A stretch of DNA of 33,381 bases, from assembly GCA_034432835.1 (NCBI GenBank), contig DAOUBE010000239.1, positions 1 to 33,381 of the forward strand, written 5' to 3'. Below are positions 24,663 to 33,381 of this stretch, in pieces. The DNA comes from Dehalococcoidia bacterium (lineage in GTDB: Bacteria; Chloroflexota; Dehalococcoidia; Lucifugimonadales; DAOUBE01). The notes beneath the pieces are model-generated. The model was not told the origin of the DNA. It saw nothing but the letters and a program-made list of their open reading frames with translations, and did not search any database. The translations under genes and the position numbers were made by a program. The first letter of the stretch is position 1, and each line of letters opens with the position of its first letter.

Positions 24663-26123
24663 ATGTGGGGGGAGGATGACACCTCGGTACCCGACAGGGC
24701 AAAAAGACGGGGCCTTTTTGCCCTTCTGCTCTACGGGGTGTTTGGACAGCTCTGGGACGCCCTCACAGGGGGACCTTTTCTGGCGGGCTTTGCCCTGGCC
24801 CTGGGCGCCAACAGCTTCACCTTCGGGCTTCTGGCGGCCATACCCCCTCTATCCCAACTGGTCCAGATTCCCGCCGCCTATCTGGTGGAGCGATGGCGGC
24901 GGCGCAAGCTCATGGTCCTGCTCTTTGGGGCTGGCCCCAGGACTGTGTGGCTGGTGTTTGCCCTGGTCCCGCTCTTTGTCCGAGGCCAGGCCGGGCTGAC
25001 GGTCCTCCTGGGGAGTATGGCCCTGGCCGCCTCCTTGGGAGGCTTCGTAGGGGTAGCCCTGAATAGCTGGGTGCGGGACCTGGTGCCCCAGCACGTGATG
25101 GGCCGGTTCTTCGCCACCCGCACCCAGTACTCCACGGCCGCGGGCATGGTGGCGGGGATGGCAGGGGGACTCTTCGTCAGCTACTGGAAGGGCGCCTTCC
25201 CGCAGTGGGACACCGTGGCTTACTCTTTCACCTTTGGAGCCGGCGTGGCCTTCGCCTGGGCCGGCTGGTGGGCCCTGTCCCACGTGCCCGAACCGAGGTA
25301 CCAGCCCCCGGCGGAGCGGGTTTCCTTCGCCGCCTTCATGGGCCGCCCCTTCAGGGACAGGCCCTTCCGCGGCCTCTTGGGCTTCCTCTTTCTGTGGACC
25401 TTCGCCACTAGCTTGGCCATGCCCTTTGTCAGCGTGTACATGCTCCAGCGTCTGGGCCTGGGCATGTCGGCGGTGGTGGCCTTTACAACCCTGGGCCAGC
25501 TCAGCGTGGTGCTTTTCGTGCGGGTGTGGGGAGGCCTGGCTGACCGCTTCGGGAACTGGCCTGTCCTCTACACCGCCTGCCTGTTACTGCTGGGGTCGCT
25601 GCTGGCCTTTCCCCTTACCCACGTCTCCCAAAGCCCACTATACGTGGTCCCGGTGCTGGCCGCTATTCAGGTGCTGTCGGGGGTGGCGGGCGCTGGCATA
25701 AGCCTTGTAACCAACAACATGGTGCTCAAGGCCTCGCCCTATGGCGCGGCCTCGGCCCATCTCACCGCCAGCTCCCTGGTGGGGGCCGCCGCCGGCGCCG
25801 CGGCGCCCCTTCTGGCGGGAACCCTAGCAGGTGTGCTCTCCACCCAGGAGCTGTCAGTGCACTGGCGCTGGAGCGGGCCCGGCCAACAGGTGACCGCCGA
25901 CCTGCTGAGCCTTCAGGGGTTGGACTTCCTGTTCTTGCTGGCCGCAGCGCTGGGGCTGGTGGCCCTGCGGCGGCTGTCTTCATTGAAAGAGGAGGGTACC
26001 GAATTGAGGCGGCTCTCCATAGGACAGGTGGCGCAGTCCTTCAGGGCCGAGGTGAAGCGCCTGGCCGGTGCGGCCAGGGGACGTCCCCGGGCTGTCGGGG
26101 CGGACAGCCGTGGGCCAGGATAA
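24663..26123 (+). CDS. MFS transporter
   Basis: 486 aa with about 12 hydrophobic spans and a motif-A-like loop 'LVERWRRRK' after TM2. GGGAGGG RBS upstream. Confidence 0.75.
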   Translation: MWGEDDTSVPDRAKRRGLFALLLYGVFGQLWDALTGGPFLAGFALALGANSFTFGLLAAIPPLSQLVQIPAAYLVERWRRRKLMVLLFGAGPRTVWLVFALVPLFVRGQAGLTVLLGSMALAASLGGFVGVALNSWVRDLVPQHVMGRFFATRTQYSTAAGMVAGMAGGLFVSYWKGAFPQWDTVAYSFTFGAGVAFAWAGWWALSHVPEPRYQPPAERVSFAAFMGRPFRDRPFRGLLGFLFLWTFATSLAMPFVSVYMLQRLGLGMSAVVAFTTLGQLSVVLFVRVWGGLADRFGNWPVLYTACLLLLGSLLAFPLTHVSQSPLYVVPVLAAIQVLSGVAGAGISLVTNNMVLKASPYGAASAHLTASSLVGAAAGAAAPLLAGTLAGVLSTQELSVHWRWSGPGQQVTADLLSLQGLDFLFLLAAALGLVALRRLSSLKEEGTELRRLSIGQVAQSFRAEVKRLAGAARGRPRAVGADSRGPG

Positions 26124-26176
26124 AGGTGGGAAGGCGGAGACAACATCCCATAGGGTGGGGTAAGGGGCTTAAGGCA

Positions 26177-26196
26177 GGCCTTCCTCAGGGGAGGCC
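26177..26196. terminator. 8-bp hairpin between convergent genes (no U-tract)
   Basis: GGCCTTCC-TCAG-GGGAGGCC read directly from the sequence, with one G-U pair. Its function is unproven. Confidence 0.2.
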
Positions 26197-26214
26197 CAGG
26201 GCACAAAGCACACC

Positions 26215-27036
26215 TTAGGTAAGCACGCCTGGTTCCGGGAAGGCCCCGTTGCCCAGCCCCCGTAAGAATTGTCGCAGGGTGCTGAAGTACTGCTCCCCTC
26301 CCACCTTGGACGCGTTCTTGTGGTCGGCGCCCTCCACCGTGTACAGCCACTTGGGGCCGGGGGCCGCCTGGAACAGCCGCATACCCAGCTCGTAGGGTAC
26401 CAGGGGGTCCTTGTCCCCGTGAATGACCAGCACGGGCACCTTAACTCGCCTCATCCGTTGCAGCGAGTTGAACTTGTTGTTCACCAGCAAGCCCGTCGGC
26501 AGCCAGCGCCTCCCCATCCTGGCCATGTCCCGGATGGATGTCATGGGCGCCTCCAGGATCATGCCCGCTGGGGGATGCTGGGTAGCCAGCTCCACAGCCA
26601 CAGCGCTGCCCAGGGAGTGTCCCGCGTACACCACCAGGCTTCCGTTCACATCCCTGCGCCGGCGGAGATAAGCCAGGGCCGCCCTGGAGTCCTGATAAAC
26701 CCCTTCCTCCGTGGGCCAGCCCTCGCTCCGGCCATAGCCCCGGTAGTCGAAGATAAATATGTTCGTCCTAAGGTGCCGGTGCAGCAGGTCCAGGTTCTCC
26801 AGGTGGTAGCTGATGTTCCCGCTGTTGCCATGGAACCAAAGAAGAGTGGTTCCACCCTCCCCTGGCACGTACCAGCCGTGGAGCATCAGGCCATCGGAGG
26901 TTGGGAAGTAGGCGTCGTCGTATGGCAGCCCGATGTCGGCAGGTGAGCCCAACAACTCCCTAGAAGGGAAGAAGATGTGGTTCCTGTCGATGTACCTGGA
27001 CCTGGTCTTTGGAAAGGGGAGGAGGAGGGTCAGCAT
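26215..27036 (-). CDS. Alpha/beta hydrolase
   Basis: 273 aa. Nucleophile elbow 'GHSLGS', 'LWFHGNSGN' oxyanion region, and 'IHGDKD' plus 'GADH' as the acid and His of the triad. Confidence 0.8.
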   Translation of the reverse strand: MLTLLLPFPKTRSRYIDRNHIFFPSRELLGSPADIGLPYDDAYFPTSDGLMLHGWYVPGEGGTTLLWFHGNSGNISYHLENLDLLHRHLRTNIFIFDYRGYGRSEGWPTEEGVYQDSRAALAYLRRRRDVNGSLVVYAGHSLGSAVAVELATQHPPAGMILEAPMTSIRDMARMGRRWLPTGLLVNNKFNSLQRMRRVKVPVLVIHGDKDPLVPYELGMRLFQAAPGPKWLYTVEGADHKNASKVGGEQYFSTLRQFLRGLGNGAFPEPGVLT

Positions 27037-27110
27037 GAGGTACGTTTTCAGGTCTGCCGTGGCACTCCCTTCCGCTCAAGCATCCCACCCCCACCGGGGA
27101 GAATGCCCGT

Positions 27111-27160
27111 CTAGATATTATGATATCATTGGATTGTAAAAAGAATTGTAAAGAGCCATC
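27111..27160. promoter_or_regulatory. AT-rich divergent control region with a palindrome and a direct repeat
   Basis: A perfect 10-bp palindrome ATGATATCAT lies at 27120-27129. ATTGTAAA is repeated at 27133-27140 and 27145-27152. The region sits between the hydrolase (minus strand) and the tandem USP (plus strand). Confidence 0.35.
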
Positions 27161-27194
27161 GGCACAGGAAGAGGTGCCGTTGCGGGAGGCGCAC

Positions 27195-28219
27195 ATGATC
27201 AGGAAGGTCCTGGTCCCCCTAGATGGCTCGCGAGTGGCTGAAGGTATCCTCCCCTACGTGTCTCAGATAGCGCGTCGCCTCCACCTACCCGTGGTCCTCC
27301 TCTCCGTGGTTGACCCCGGCGACCTTTTTGTCCCTCAGCCGGAGCCAAGAGGCGGGGCCTGGATGGAGAACGTTGGAGGCATCAAGGGACCGGTCATCGT
27401 GCGAGAGGCCCTTTCTCCAGAGAAGCCTCCCACGACTCCCCACGGGATGGAACCCCCCTACACCGCCCAGCTCTTCGAGCGTGTGGAGCTGGAGGTCAAG
27501 GGCCGGCTTCAGCCGCTGGTCAATCGCCTCGTCCAGGACGGGGTGGCCGCCCAGCCCGCGGTATCCTTTGGCCACCCCGCCGAGGAGATCCTCAGAGTGG
27601 CCGAGGAACAGGGATGCGACCTCATCGCCATGTCCACCCGCGGGAGGAACATGCTGGCAAGGGGGATCCTGGGCAGTGTCACCGACAGGTGGTCCACGCC
27701 TCCCCGGTGCCCGTCCTGACCATCACCCCTAGCAGGGCCAAGGACTACTGGAAGGAGGGTGAGGTCATATCCAAAGCCCTGGTGCCCCTGGATGGCTCGC
27801 CGCTGGCGGAGAGCGTGCTTCCCTACGTGGAGTACCTGGCCAAGGGCCTGGGGCTGAAGGTGCTTCTGGCTCGGGTAGTGGCCACCGACGGTGCCTACGC
27901 GGCCATCGGCAGGCCCCTGAGCCCACAGGCAGAAGGCCAGGCGATGTCGGCCGCCTCCCAGTACCTGGACGGCGTCGCCCGCCGGCTACAGGCGCAGGGG
28001 CTGGAGGTAGAGCAAGCCCCCCTGAAAGGCGCCCCTGCCAGAGAGATCGTACAGTTGGCCCGCAGGACCACGCAGGATATCATTATACTCGCCACCCACG
28101 GCTACTCTGGACTCAGGCGGTGGGTTCTGGGCAGCGTCACCGAGGCCGTGGTCAGGGCGTCGGGAGACCCAGTGCTGGTGGTCCCTCCAGGGGCCAGAAG
28201 GACCACTACCCAGACGTAA
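27195..28219 (+). pseudogene. Tandem-domain universal stress protein interrupted by a 1-nt frameshift
   Basis: ORF 27120-27719 reads '...GSVTDRWSTPPRCPS*', while the overlapping ORF 27614-28219 reads '...HRQVVHASPVPVLTI...'. The USP C-terminal motif 'GSVTD.VVH.SPVPVL' is split at about 27687-27689, where one G appears to be missing from a G-run. A second complete USP domain follows. Confidence 0.7.
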
Positions 28220-28310
28220 GACATGGCCCCGGGGGCGCAGCCGCCCACCATGAGGGCCGAAGGGAACTCTGGCAGCCAACCGACCTACAGCAAACGACAG
28301 GAGGCAGGTA

Positions 28311-29474
28311 ATGAGGGCGTCTTTCCGACTGGGCCGCATCGGCGGCATTGAGATCGGCGTGCACTACACCTGGGTCTTCGCCTTCATTCTCATCACCTGG
28401 ACCCTGGCCGAAGGTTTCTTCCCCCAGCTTTACCCGGACTGGAACACGCTGACCTACTGGATCACGGGCGCTATCTCTGCCCTGCTCCTCTTTGTCTCGG
28501 TGCTGGTCCACGAGCTGGCCCACTCCTTCGTGGCCCGGGCCAAAGGGCTGCCGGTGCAGGGCATCACCCTGTTCATCTTTGGTGGAGTCAGCAACCTGGC
28601 GGGAGAGGCCAAGCGGGCCGGCGACGAGTTCGCCATCGCCGTGGTGGGGCCGGCCACCAGTCTGGTGTTGGCGGGCCTCTTCTGGGGTATCTACCAGGTC
28701 AACGAGACCGCCGATAGCCCTCTCATCGCCACCATACGCTACCTGGCTATCATCAACGGCATCCTGGCCCTGTTCAACATCCTGCCTGGCTTCCCCCTGG
28801 ATGGAGGCCGGGTGCTGCGCTCCATTATCTGGGGCGCCACGGGCAGCCTCCGAAGGGCCACGGACATCGCCGCGGGGGTGGGTCAAGTCTTCGGATGGGT
28901 CCTCATTGGCTGGGGCGTGTTTATTATGCTGACCCAGGGAAGCTTTCTTAGCGGCCTCTGGATCGCCTTCGTTGGCTGGTTCCTCAGCAGCGCCGCCGAC
29001 TCGGCCCGCCGGGAGGTTGCCACCCAAGAGATGTTCCGTGGCGTGACTGTCCGCGAGGTGATGGATGCCGAGCCGGAGACCGTGAAGCCCAGCACCTCCG
29101 TGGACGAGATGGTCCGGGAGAGCTTCCTGCGCCGGGGCAAGCGGGCAGCCCCCGTATGCGACGGCGACAGGCTGGTGGGCATTGTCACCCTGACGGACAT
29201 ACGCGAGGTGCCCCAGGAGCGGTGGCCCACCACCCCTGTCAGTGAGGTGATGACCCGCGAGCCTCTCTACAGCGTCGCCCCCACCGACGACCTGGCCTCG
29301 GCCCTGAACAAGCTGGGCGAGAATAACCTCAACCAGGTGCTGGTCACCGAGGACGGTAAGCTGGTGGGCATGCTCTCCCGCGCCGATATCATCCGGTTCC
29401 TACGGGGCATAGAGGAGCTGGGGCTTTCTTCTCCAGCCCAGATCAACCGGACCCGCACTGCCAGGCCCATCTAG
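28311..29474 (+). CDS. M50-family (site-2 protease-like) zinc metalloprotease with C-terminal CBS pair
   Basis: 'HELAHSFVA' gives HExxH and 'NILPGFPLDGGRVL' is present within a membrane domain. Two CBS repeats follow ('VTVREVMD', 'LVGIVTLTDI', 'VSEVMT', 'LVGMLSRADI'). AGGAGG RBS upstream. Confidence 0.85.
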   Translation: MRASFRLGRIGGIEIGVHYTWVFAFILITWTLAEGFFPQLYPDWNTLTYWITGAISALLLFVSVLVHELAHSFVARAKGLPVQGITLFIFGGVSNLAGEAKRAGDEFAIAVVGPATSLVLAGLFWGIYQVNETADSPLIATIRYLAIINGILALFNILPGFPLDGGRVLRSIIWGATGSLRRATDIAAGVGQVFGWVLIGWGVFIMLTQGSFLSGLWIAFVGWFLSSAADSARREVATQEMFRGVTVREVMDAEPETVKPSTSVDEMVRESFLRRGKRAAPVCDGDRLVGIVTLTDIREVPQERWPTTPVSEVMTREPLYSVAPTDDLASALNKLGENNLNQVLVTEDGKLVGMLSRADIIRFLRGIEELGLSSPAQINRTRTARPI

Positions 29475-29677
29475 AAGGCCGGCATGCCCCCCACGGTCCG
29501 AACCCTAAACACCCGGATTAAAAGTCTGGCGCCCGGCCCGTGTACAACTCGTTCCGAAATTCCAACCAGGGGGAGTATGGGAGCTGTGTCCTATCTGCCG
29601 GGGTTCGGGGATGTCCTCTGAGCACAACCCGAGGACGGGTGGGTGGGACCAACCACACCCTTCTCGGTACCCGTAAA

Positions 29678-29717
29678 TGGGTGCAGGTGAACGCTGCCAG
29701 GGCGTGCCCTGCCGGGG
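29678..29717. repeat. Copy B of the roughly 40-nt stop-codon-proximal repeat
   Basis: The sequence is tgggtgcaggtgaacgctgccagggcgtgccctgccgggg. It ends 1 nt before the ribBA stop codon (29719-29721) and aligns with 13928-13967. Confidence 0.6.
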
Positions 29718-29718
29718 A

Positions 29719-30939
29719 CTACTTCTTCTCCCTACCTTCTGGGTCTAGCAGGTGGCCCAGCTTCAGCCGCTTGGTCTCCAGGTAGCGGTGGTTCTCCTTA
29801 TTCTCGTGGGCCACGATGGGCACCCGCTCCACCAGCTCCAGCCCGTAGGCCCCTAGCCCCACCACCTTCTTTGGGTTGTTGGTCAGGAGACGAATCTTCC
29901 GCACGCCCAGGTCCACCAGTATCTGAGCGCCGATGCCGTAGTGGCGCAGGTCCGGAGCGAACCCTAGCTGCACGTTAGCCTCCACCGTATCCAGCCCGTT
30001 ATCCTGGAGGGCGTAGGCGCGGATCTTGTTGTGCAGCCCAATACCCCGGCCCTCCTGCCGCATGTACAGAAAGACCCCCTTTCCCTCCCGGGCTATGGCC
30101 TTCAGGGCCATCTCCATCTGCTCGCCGCAGTCGCAACGCAGGCTGCCGAAGACATCGCCCGTGGTGCACTGGCTGTGCACCCGCACCAGCACCGGCTCCG
30201 TGGGCAGGATATTCCCCATCACCAGAGCCAAGTGCTCATCGGGGTCCACGGCGCTCTTGTAGGCGATGACCTTGAACACCCCGTGCCGGGTCGGGAGCCG
30301 GGCCTCGGCCACCCTTTGGATAAGGTTCTCGTGCTCAAACCTGTAGGAGATGATCTGGGCAATGCTGATAATCTTGAGATTGTGCTCCCTGGCCATGGCC
30401 TCCAACTGGGGCAGGCGGGCCATGGTCCCGTCCTCGTTCATGATCTCGCACACCACCCCCGCCGGGTACAGGCCGGCCATCCTGGCCAGGTCCACGATGG
30501 CCTCAGTATGTCCGGCCCGGACCAGCACTCCGCCCTCTTGGTAGCGCAAGGGGAACAGGTGGCCCGGCACCAAGAAGTCCCGGGGGTGGGCACTGGGGTC
30601 CAGGAAGGCCTTGATGGTGGCTGCCCGGTCGTGGGCCGAGATGCCCGTGGTTGTCCCCTTGGCGTAGTCCACCGACACCGTAAAGGCTGTGCGCAGCTTG
30701 GCTGTGTTGCCCGTGGGCACCATCATGGGAATCCCCAGCTCGTCCAAGCGCTGGCCGATGATGGGCATACAGATGAGGCCGCGGGCGTACTTGGCCATGA
30801 AGTTGATGGCCTCGGGCGTCACCTTCTCCGCGGCCATGCACAGGTCGCCCTCGTTCTCCCGACTCTCGTCGTCAACGATAATCAAGAATCGGCCCTGCCG
30901 GATCTCCTCCAGGGCCTCCTCCACCGTGCAGAAGGGCAT
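29719..30939 (-). CDS. ribBA: Bifunctional 3,4-dihydroxy-2-butanone-4-phosphate synthase / GTP cyclohydrolase II
   Basis: 406 aa. The N-terminal half has '[11 protein letters not shown]' and the C-terminal half has '[21 protein letters not shown]' and '[12 protein letters not shown]'. Confidence 0.9.
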   Translation of the reverse strand: MPFCTVEEALEEIRQGRFLIIVDDESRENEGDLCMAAEKVTPEAINFMAKYARGLICMPIIGQRLDELGIPMMVPTGNTAKLRTAFTVSVDYAKGTTTGISAHDRAATIKAFLDPSAHPRDFLVPGHLFPLRYQEGGVLVRAGHTEAIVDLARMAGLYPAGVVCEIMNEDGTMARLPQLEAMAREHNLKIISIAQIISYRFEHENLIQRVAEARLPTRHGVFKVIAYKSAVDPDEHLALVMGNILPTEPVLVRVHSQCTTGDVFGSLRCDCGEQMEMALKAIAREGKGVFLYMRQEGRGIGLHNKIRAYALQDNGLDTVEANVQLGFAPDLRHYGIGAQILVDLGVRKIRLLTNNPKKVVGLGAYGLELVERVPIVAHENKENHRYLETKRLKLGHLLDPEGREKK

Positions 30940-30945
30940 ATAGAC

Positions 30946-31560
30946 CTACGCCTCCTTCCGGGGTCTCCTACCCCGGGCGCCGTCCTGCGGCTTCACCAGG
31001 CTTTCTACGTACTTCGCCAGGATGTCCACTTCGATGTTTACGGCGTCGCCCACCACGCGCTCACACATGGTGGTATTGTCCCAGGTATATGGTATCACGC
31101 TGACGCTAAAGGAAGAAGTATCCCTGCTTACCACCGTGAGGCTGATGCCGTCCACAGCCACGAACCCCTTCTCCACTATGTACCGCGCCAGCCGGGGTGG
31201 TACCCGGAAGCTGACCAGCCGGGCCTGGCCTTCGGGCTGTATGGAGGCCACCGTGGCCGTCCCGTCCACGTGGCCCTGTACGATGTGCCCTCCCAGGCGG
31301 CCGCTGGCGGCCACGGCCCGCTCCAGGTTGACCCCCTTCCCCGGCGCCACCTGTCCCAGGCTGGTCCGCCGCAGGGTCTCTGGCGACAGCTCCACCGTGA
31401 AACCACCGGCCCCCAGAGAAACCACGGTGAGACACGCCCCGTTGACGGCGATGGAATCGCCCACCTTGAGGTCCTCCAGCACTTTCCTGGCGGAGACCTC
31501 GAGAACGGGCGTCTCCCATCTTTTGACTCGCCCTACCTCTTCGACTATACCTGTAAACAT
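30946..31560 (-). CDS. ribE: Riboflavin synthase (alpha chain)
   Basis: 204 aa. 'MFTGIVEEVG', 'GDSIAVNGACLTV' and the repeated barrel motif 'GFVAVDGISLTV'. Confidence 0.9.
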   Translation of the reverse strand: MFTGIVEEVGRVKRWETPVLEVSARKVLEDLKVGDSIAVNGACLTVVSLGAGGFTVELSPETLRRTSLGQVAPGKGVNLERAVAASGRLGGHIVQGHVDGTATVASIQPEGQARLVSFRVPPRLARYIVEKGFVAVDGISLTVVSRDTSSFSVSVIPYTWDNTTMCERVVGDAVNIEVDILAKYVESLVKPQDGARGRRPRKEA

Positions 31561-31608
31561 ATCCCTCCTGGCGCAACCTCAGTCGTCCTGACGGGCACCC
31601 AGAGAGGA

Positions 31609-32709
31609 TCACCCAGAGGCCATGGGGCGCCGATCCGGGTAGCCCACCACCATCAGGTCGTCTCCCAGGCGGCGCACCCGCACCTTCCTCAGGCGCAGGG
31701 CCTCGGCCATCCTCTCCACCCCCCTCCCCGCCACTGCCGTGGGCGCCCCCCTGCCCCCGACGATGACTGGCGCGATGAACGCCATCACCTTGTCCACCAG
31801 CCCCAGGTCGAACAGCGTGCCCAGGAGGGCACTGCCTCCCTCCACCAGCACACTGATGAGCTCCCGCTTCCCCAGGGCGTGGAGCAGCGCCCTCAGGTCC
31901 ACTTGCCCGTCCAGTGCGGGCAGGCCCAGCACCTCCACCCTCTCTGGGGATTCGCCCTGGCCCCAGGGCCGTCCCTCCACGGTGGCGATGAGCGTCCTGC
32001 CAGGCTCCCGCAGCATCCTAGCGCTGGCGGGAAGCCGGCCCTGGCTGTCCACCACCACCCGCAGGGGCTGGCGGCCCAGGGGCCTGCCTCGGGCGTCCCT
32101 GGCGGTGAGCTGGGGATCGTCAGTTATGGCCGTGTTCACCCCCACCATCACCACGTCGCTAATACTCCGCAGATGGTGGACGTACTGGCGCGCTCTCTGG
32201 CCAGTAATCCACCGGGAGTCGCCGGTGAAGGTGGCGATCTTGCCGTCCAGGCTCATGGCGAACTTGGCGGTGACGAAGGGGAGCCCTGTGGTGATGTGCT
32301 TGATGAACGCCTCGTTGAGCTCCAGGGCCTCCTCCTGGTGCTCCCCCACCACGCAGCGTATGCCTGCCGCCTCCAGGGCACCCCTGCCCCTGCCGTTGAC
32401 CAAGGGGTTGGGGTCCACCACCGCCATGTGCACCTCTGTGATGCCCGCCTGGATGATGGCCGGGGTGCAGGGCGCCACGCGGCCGTGGTGGTTGCAGGGC
32501 TCCAGGGTGGTGTAGAGAACGGCGCCGCGGGCTCGCTCACCTGCCTGCTTCAGGGCCACCACCTCGGCGTGGCCCTGGCCCGGAGGCAGGGTGTAGCCCT
32601 CGCCCACGATTTGGCCGTCCTTGACGACCACAGCACCTACGGGAGGATTGGGGCTACTGAGCCCTCTGGCCCGTTTTCCCAGAGCCAGGGCGCGCTTCAT
32701 GTAGTCCAT
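31609..32709 (-). CDS. ribD: Bifunctional riboflavin biosynthesis deaminase/reductase
   Basis: 366 aa. CMP/dCMP deaminase zinc motifs 'HAEVVAL' and 'TLEPCNHHGR..PC', followed by the reductase domain 'KFAMSLDGKIA'. Confidence 0.9.
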   Translation of the reverse strand: MDYMKRALALGKRARGLSSPNPPVGAVVVKDGQIVGEGYTLPPGQGHAEVVALKQAGERARGAVLYTTLEPCNHHGRVAPCTPAIIQAGITEVHMAVVDPNPLVNGRGRGALEAAGIRCVVGEHQEEALELNEAFIKHITTGLPFVTAKFAMSLDGKIATFTGDSRWITGQRARQYVHHLRSISDVVMVGVNTAITDDPQLTARDARGRPLGRQPLRVVVDSQGRLPASARMLREPGRTLIATVEGRPWGQGESPERVEVLGLPALDGQVDLRALLHALGKRELISVLVEGGSALLGTLFDLGLVDKVMAFIAPVIVGGRGAPTAVAGRGVERMAEALRLRKVRVRRLGDDLMVVGYPDRRPMASG

Positions 32710-32714
32710 AGCTA

Positions 32715-33293
32715 CTAGCCAGGGCGTTTGGGGAGGAAGTCCTGATAGATGCGGCTGGCGGTGGGCTCCCGCTGGCCCTGGTACTTGCTGCCCAGCTCCG
32801 GGGAGCCGTACAACCTTTCGGCGGGGGTAGTCAGGCGCAAGAAGGATAGTTGGCCTATCTTCATGCTGTAGTAGAGGGTGATGGGCAGCTTGGAGACGTT
32901 GGAAAGCTCCAGGGTCAGGTGGCCCTTCCAGCCCGGGTCCACGTAGCCCGCCGTGGAATGGATGAGCAGCCCTATGCGGCCCAGAGAGCTCTTGCCCTCC
33001 AGCCGGGCCACCAGGTCCTCAGGCACCTCGATGTGCTCCAGGGTACTGCCCAGCACAAATTCGCCGGGGTGCAGGATGAACGGGGCCTCGGCCGCCACCT
33101 CCACAGGCTCCGTCAGGTCCTCCAGGTCCTGCTTGATGTCTATGTATGGCCTCCGAGAGTTCCGGAAAACCAGCAGGCGGTGGTCCAGGTGGACATCCAC
33201 GCTGGCCGGTTGTATGCAGCTTGGGTCCAGGGGCTCTATGACGATGCGCCCCTTAGCTATCTCCTCTTTGATGGACCTGTCGCTCAGGACCAC
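32715..33293 (-). CDS. dcd: dCTP deaminase
   Basis: 'LSDRSIKEEI..G.I.IEP', 'QPASVDVHL' and 'GYVDPGW.G.LTLEL.N' are present. I chose the GTG at 33293, which gives the usual 'MVLSDR' N-terminus; the ORF track extends to the GTG at 33341. The stop lies 5 nt before the ribD ATG. Confidence 0.8.
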   Translation of the reverse strand: MVLSDRSIKEEIAKGRIVIEPLDPSCIQPASVDVHLDHRLLVFRNSRRPYIDIKQDLEDLTEPVEVAAEAPFILHPGEFVLGSTLEHIEVPEDLVARLEGKSSLGRIGLLIHSTAGYVDPGWKGHLTLELSNVSKLPITLYYSMKIGQLSFLRLTTPAERLYGSPELGSKYQGQREPTASRIYQDFLPKRPG

Positions 33294-33381
33294 GGGCACC
33301 TCGCCTGGTTGTATGCAACGCCATTGTAGCAATAGCTCCACCGGGCCGCAACTTGAACAAAATCAAAGGGGGCCGACAGAA

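Noticed and set aside
27684-27692. Programmed -1 ribosomal frameshift as an explanation for the split tandem USP.
   Set aside because: There is no X-XXY-YYZ slippery heptamer and no obvious downstream pseudoknot. A single missing G in a G-run is the simpler explanation.
30031-32718. A very long (895-aa) plus-strand ORF spanning the riboflavin genes.
   Set aside because: It lies antisense to three strongly supported genes (ribBA, ribE, ribD). Its translation is low-complexity (H/G/P/L/R-rich) with no recognisable motif. This is the typical stop-codon-poor antisense frame of GC-rich DNA.
33342-33381. 'GGGGGCCGACAGAA' at the window edge resembles the CCGACAG core of the FMN riboswitch.
   Set aside because: It is on the plus strand while the rib operon is on the minus strand. 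It is only 7 nt of similarity and the window is truncated, so nothing can be assessed.
1-33381. A scan for tRNA T-loop motifs, rRNA, CRISPR-like spaced direct repeats, and transposase, integrase or other mobile-element genes.
   Set aside because: None was found by eye on either strand. The only repeats seen are the roughly 40-nt stop-proximal element and the short CCAGGG-type hairpins.

Overview
This is a GC-rich bacterial chromosomal window with about 30 well-supported protein genes. I recognised no rRNA, tRNA, CRISPR array or mobile element. All family calls come from reading motifs in the supplied translations, because no searches could be run. Pro/Thr-rich lipoprotein linkers, strong GGAGG ribosome-binding sites (RBS) and TTGACA-N17-TAnnAT promoters suggest a Chloroflexota-like organism, but that is low-confidence inference.

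Gene content from left to right:
- **Sugar and sugar-acid block (159-9000):** ribokinase, an MmgE/PrpD-family protein, a Gfo/Idh/MocA oxidoreductase, a secreted HExxH lipoprotein and three enolase-superfamily dehydratase paralogs.
- **Housekeeping genes (9052-12670):** an MBL-fold hydrolase, lysA, holB and a universal stress protein (USP).
- **ORF-poor island (12671-13982):** about 1.3 kb holding two sigma70-like promoters, two intrinsic terminators and a hairpin-dense GC-rich tract.
- **Minus-strand run (13983-18145):** orphan rtcA, a zinc-ribbon mini-protein, an unclassifiable small protein, a GYD-domain protein and a lipoprotein that fuses a cupredoxin-like domain, a cytochrome c domain and a cd1-type propeller.
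- **Tight stress array (18555-22707):** hsp20, CBS pair, phosphoribosyltransferase, sigma-70 and hpf.
- **Transporters and stress genes (22853-29474):** two transporters, an alpha/beta hydrolase, a frameshifted tandem USP and an M50-CBS protease.
- **Riboflavin operon (29719-33341):** dcd-ribD-ribE-ribBA.

The observations most worth follow-up are:
1. The non-coding island downstream of rtcA, which holds a candidate attenuator or riboswitch in front of usp and a terminated RNA of about 190 nt.
2. A sigma-70 ORF that reads without a stop into an EF-Tu-domain-2-like barrel module that keeps its own perfect Shine-Dalgarno (SD) and ATG.
3. The NirS-like fusion protein, whose cupredoxin domain has lost its copper ligands.
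4. A gene set that mirrors the mycobacterial DosR dormancy regulon.
5. A roughly 40-nt repeat directly after two stop codons.

I found no recognisable defence system or other clearly new multi-gene system.
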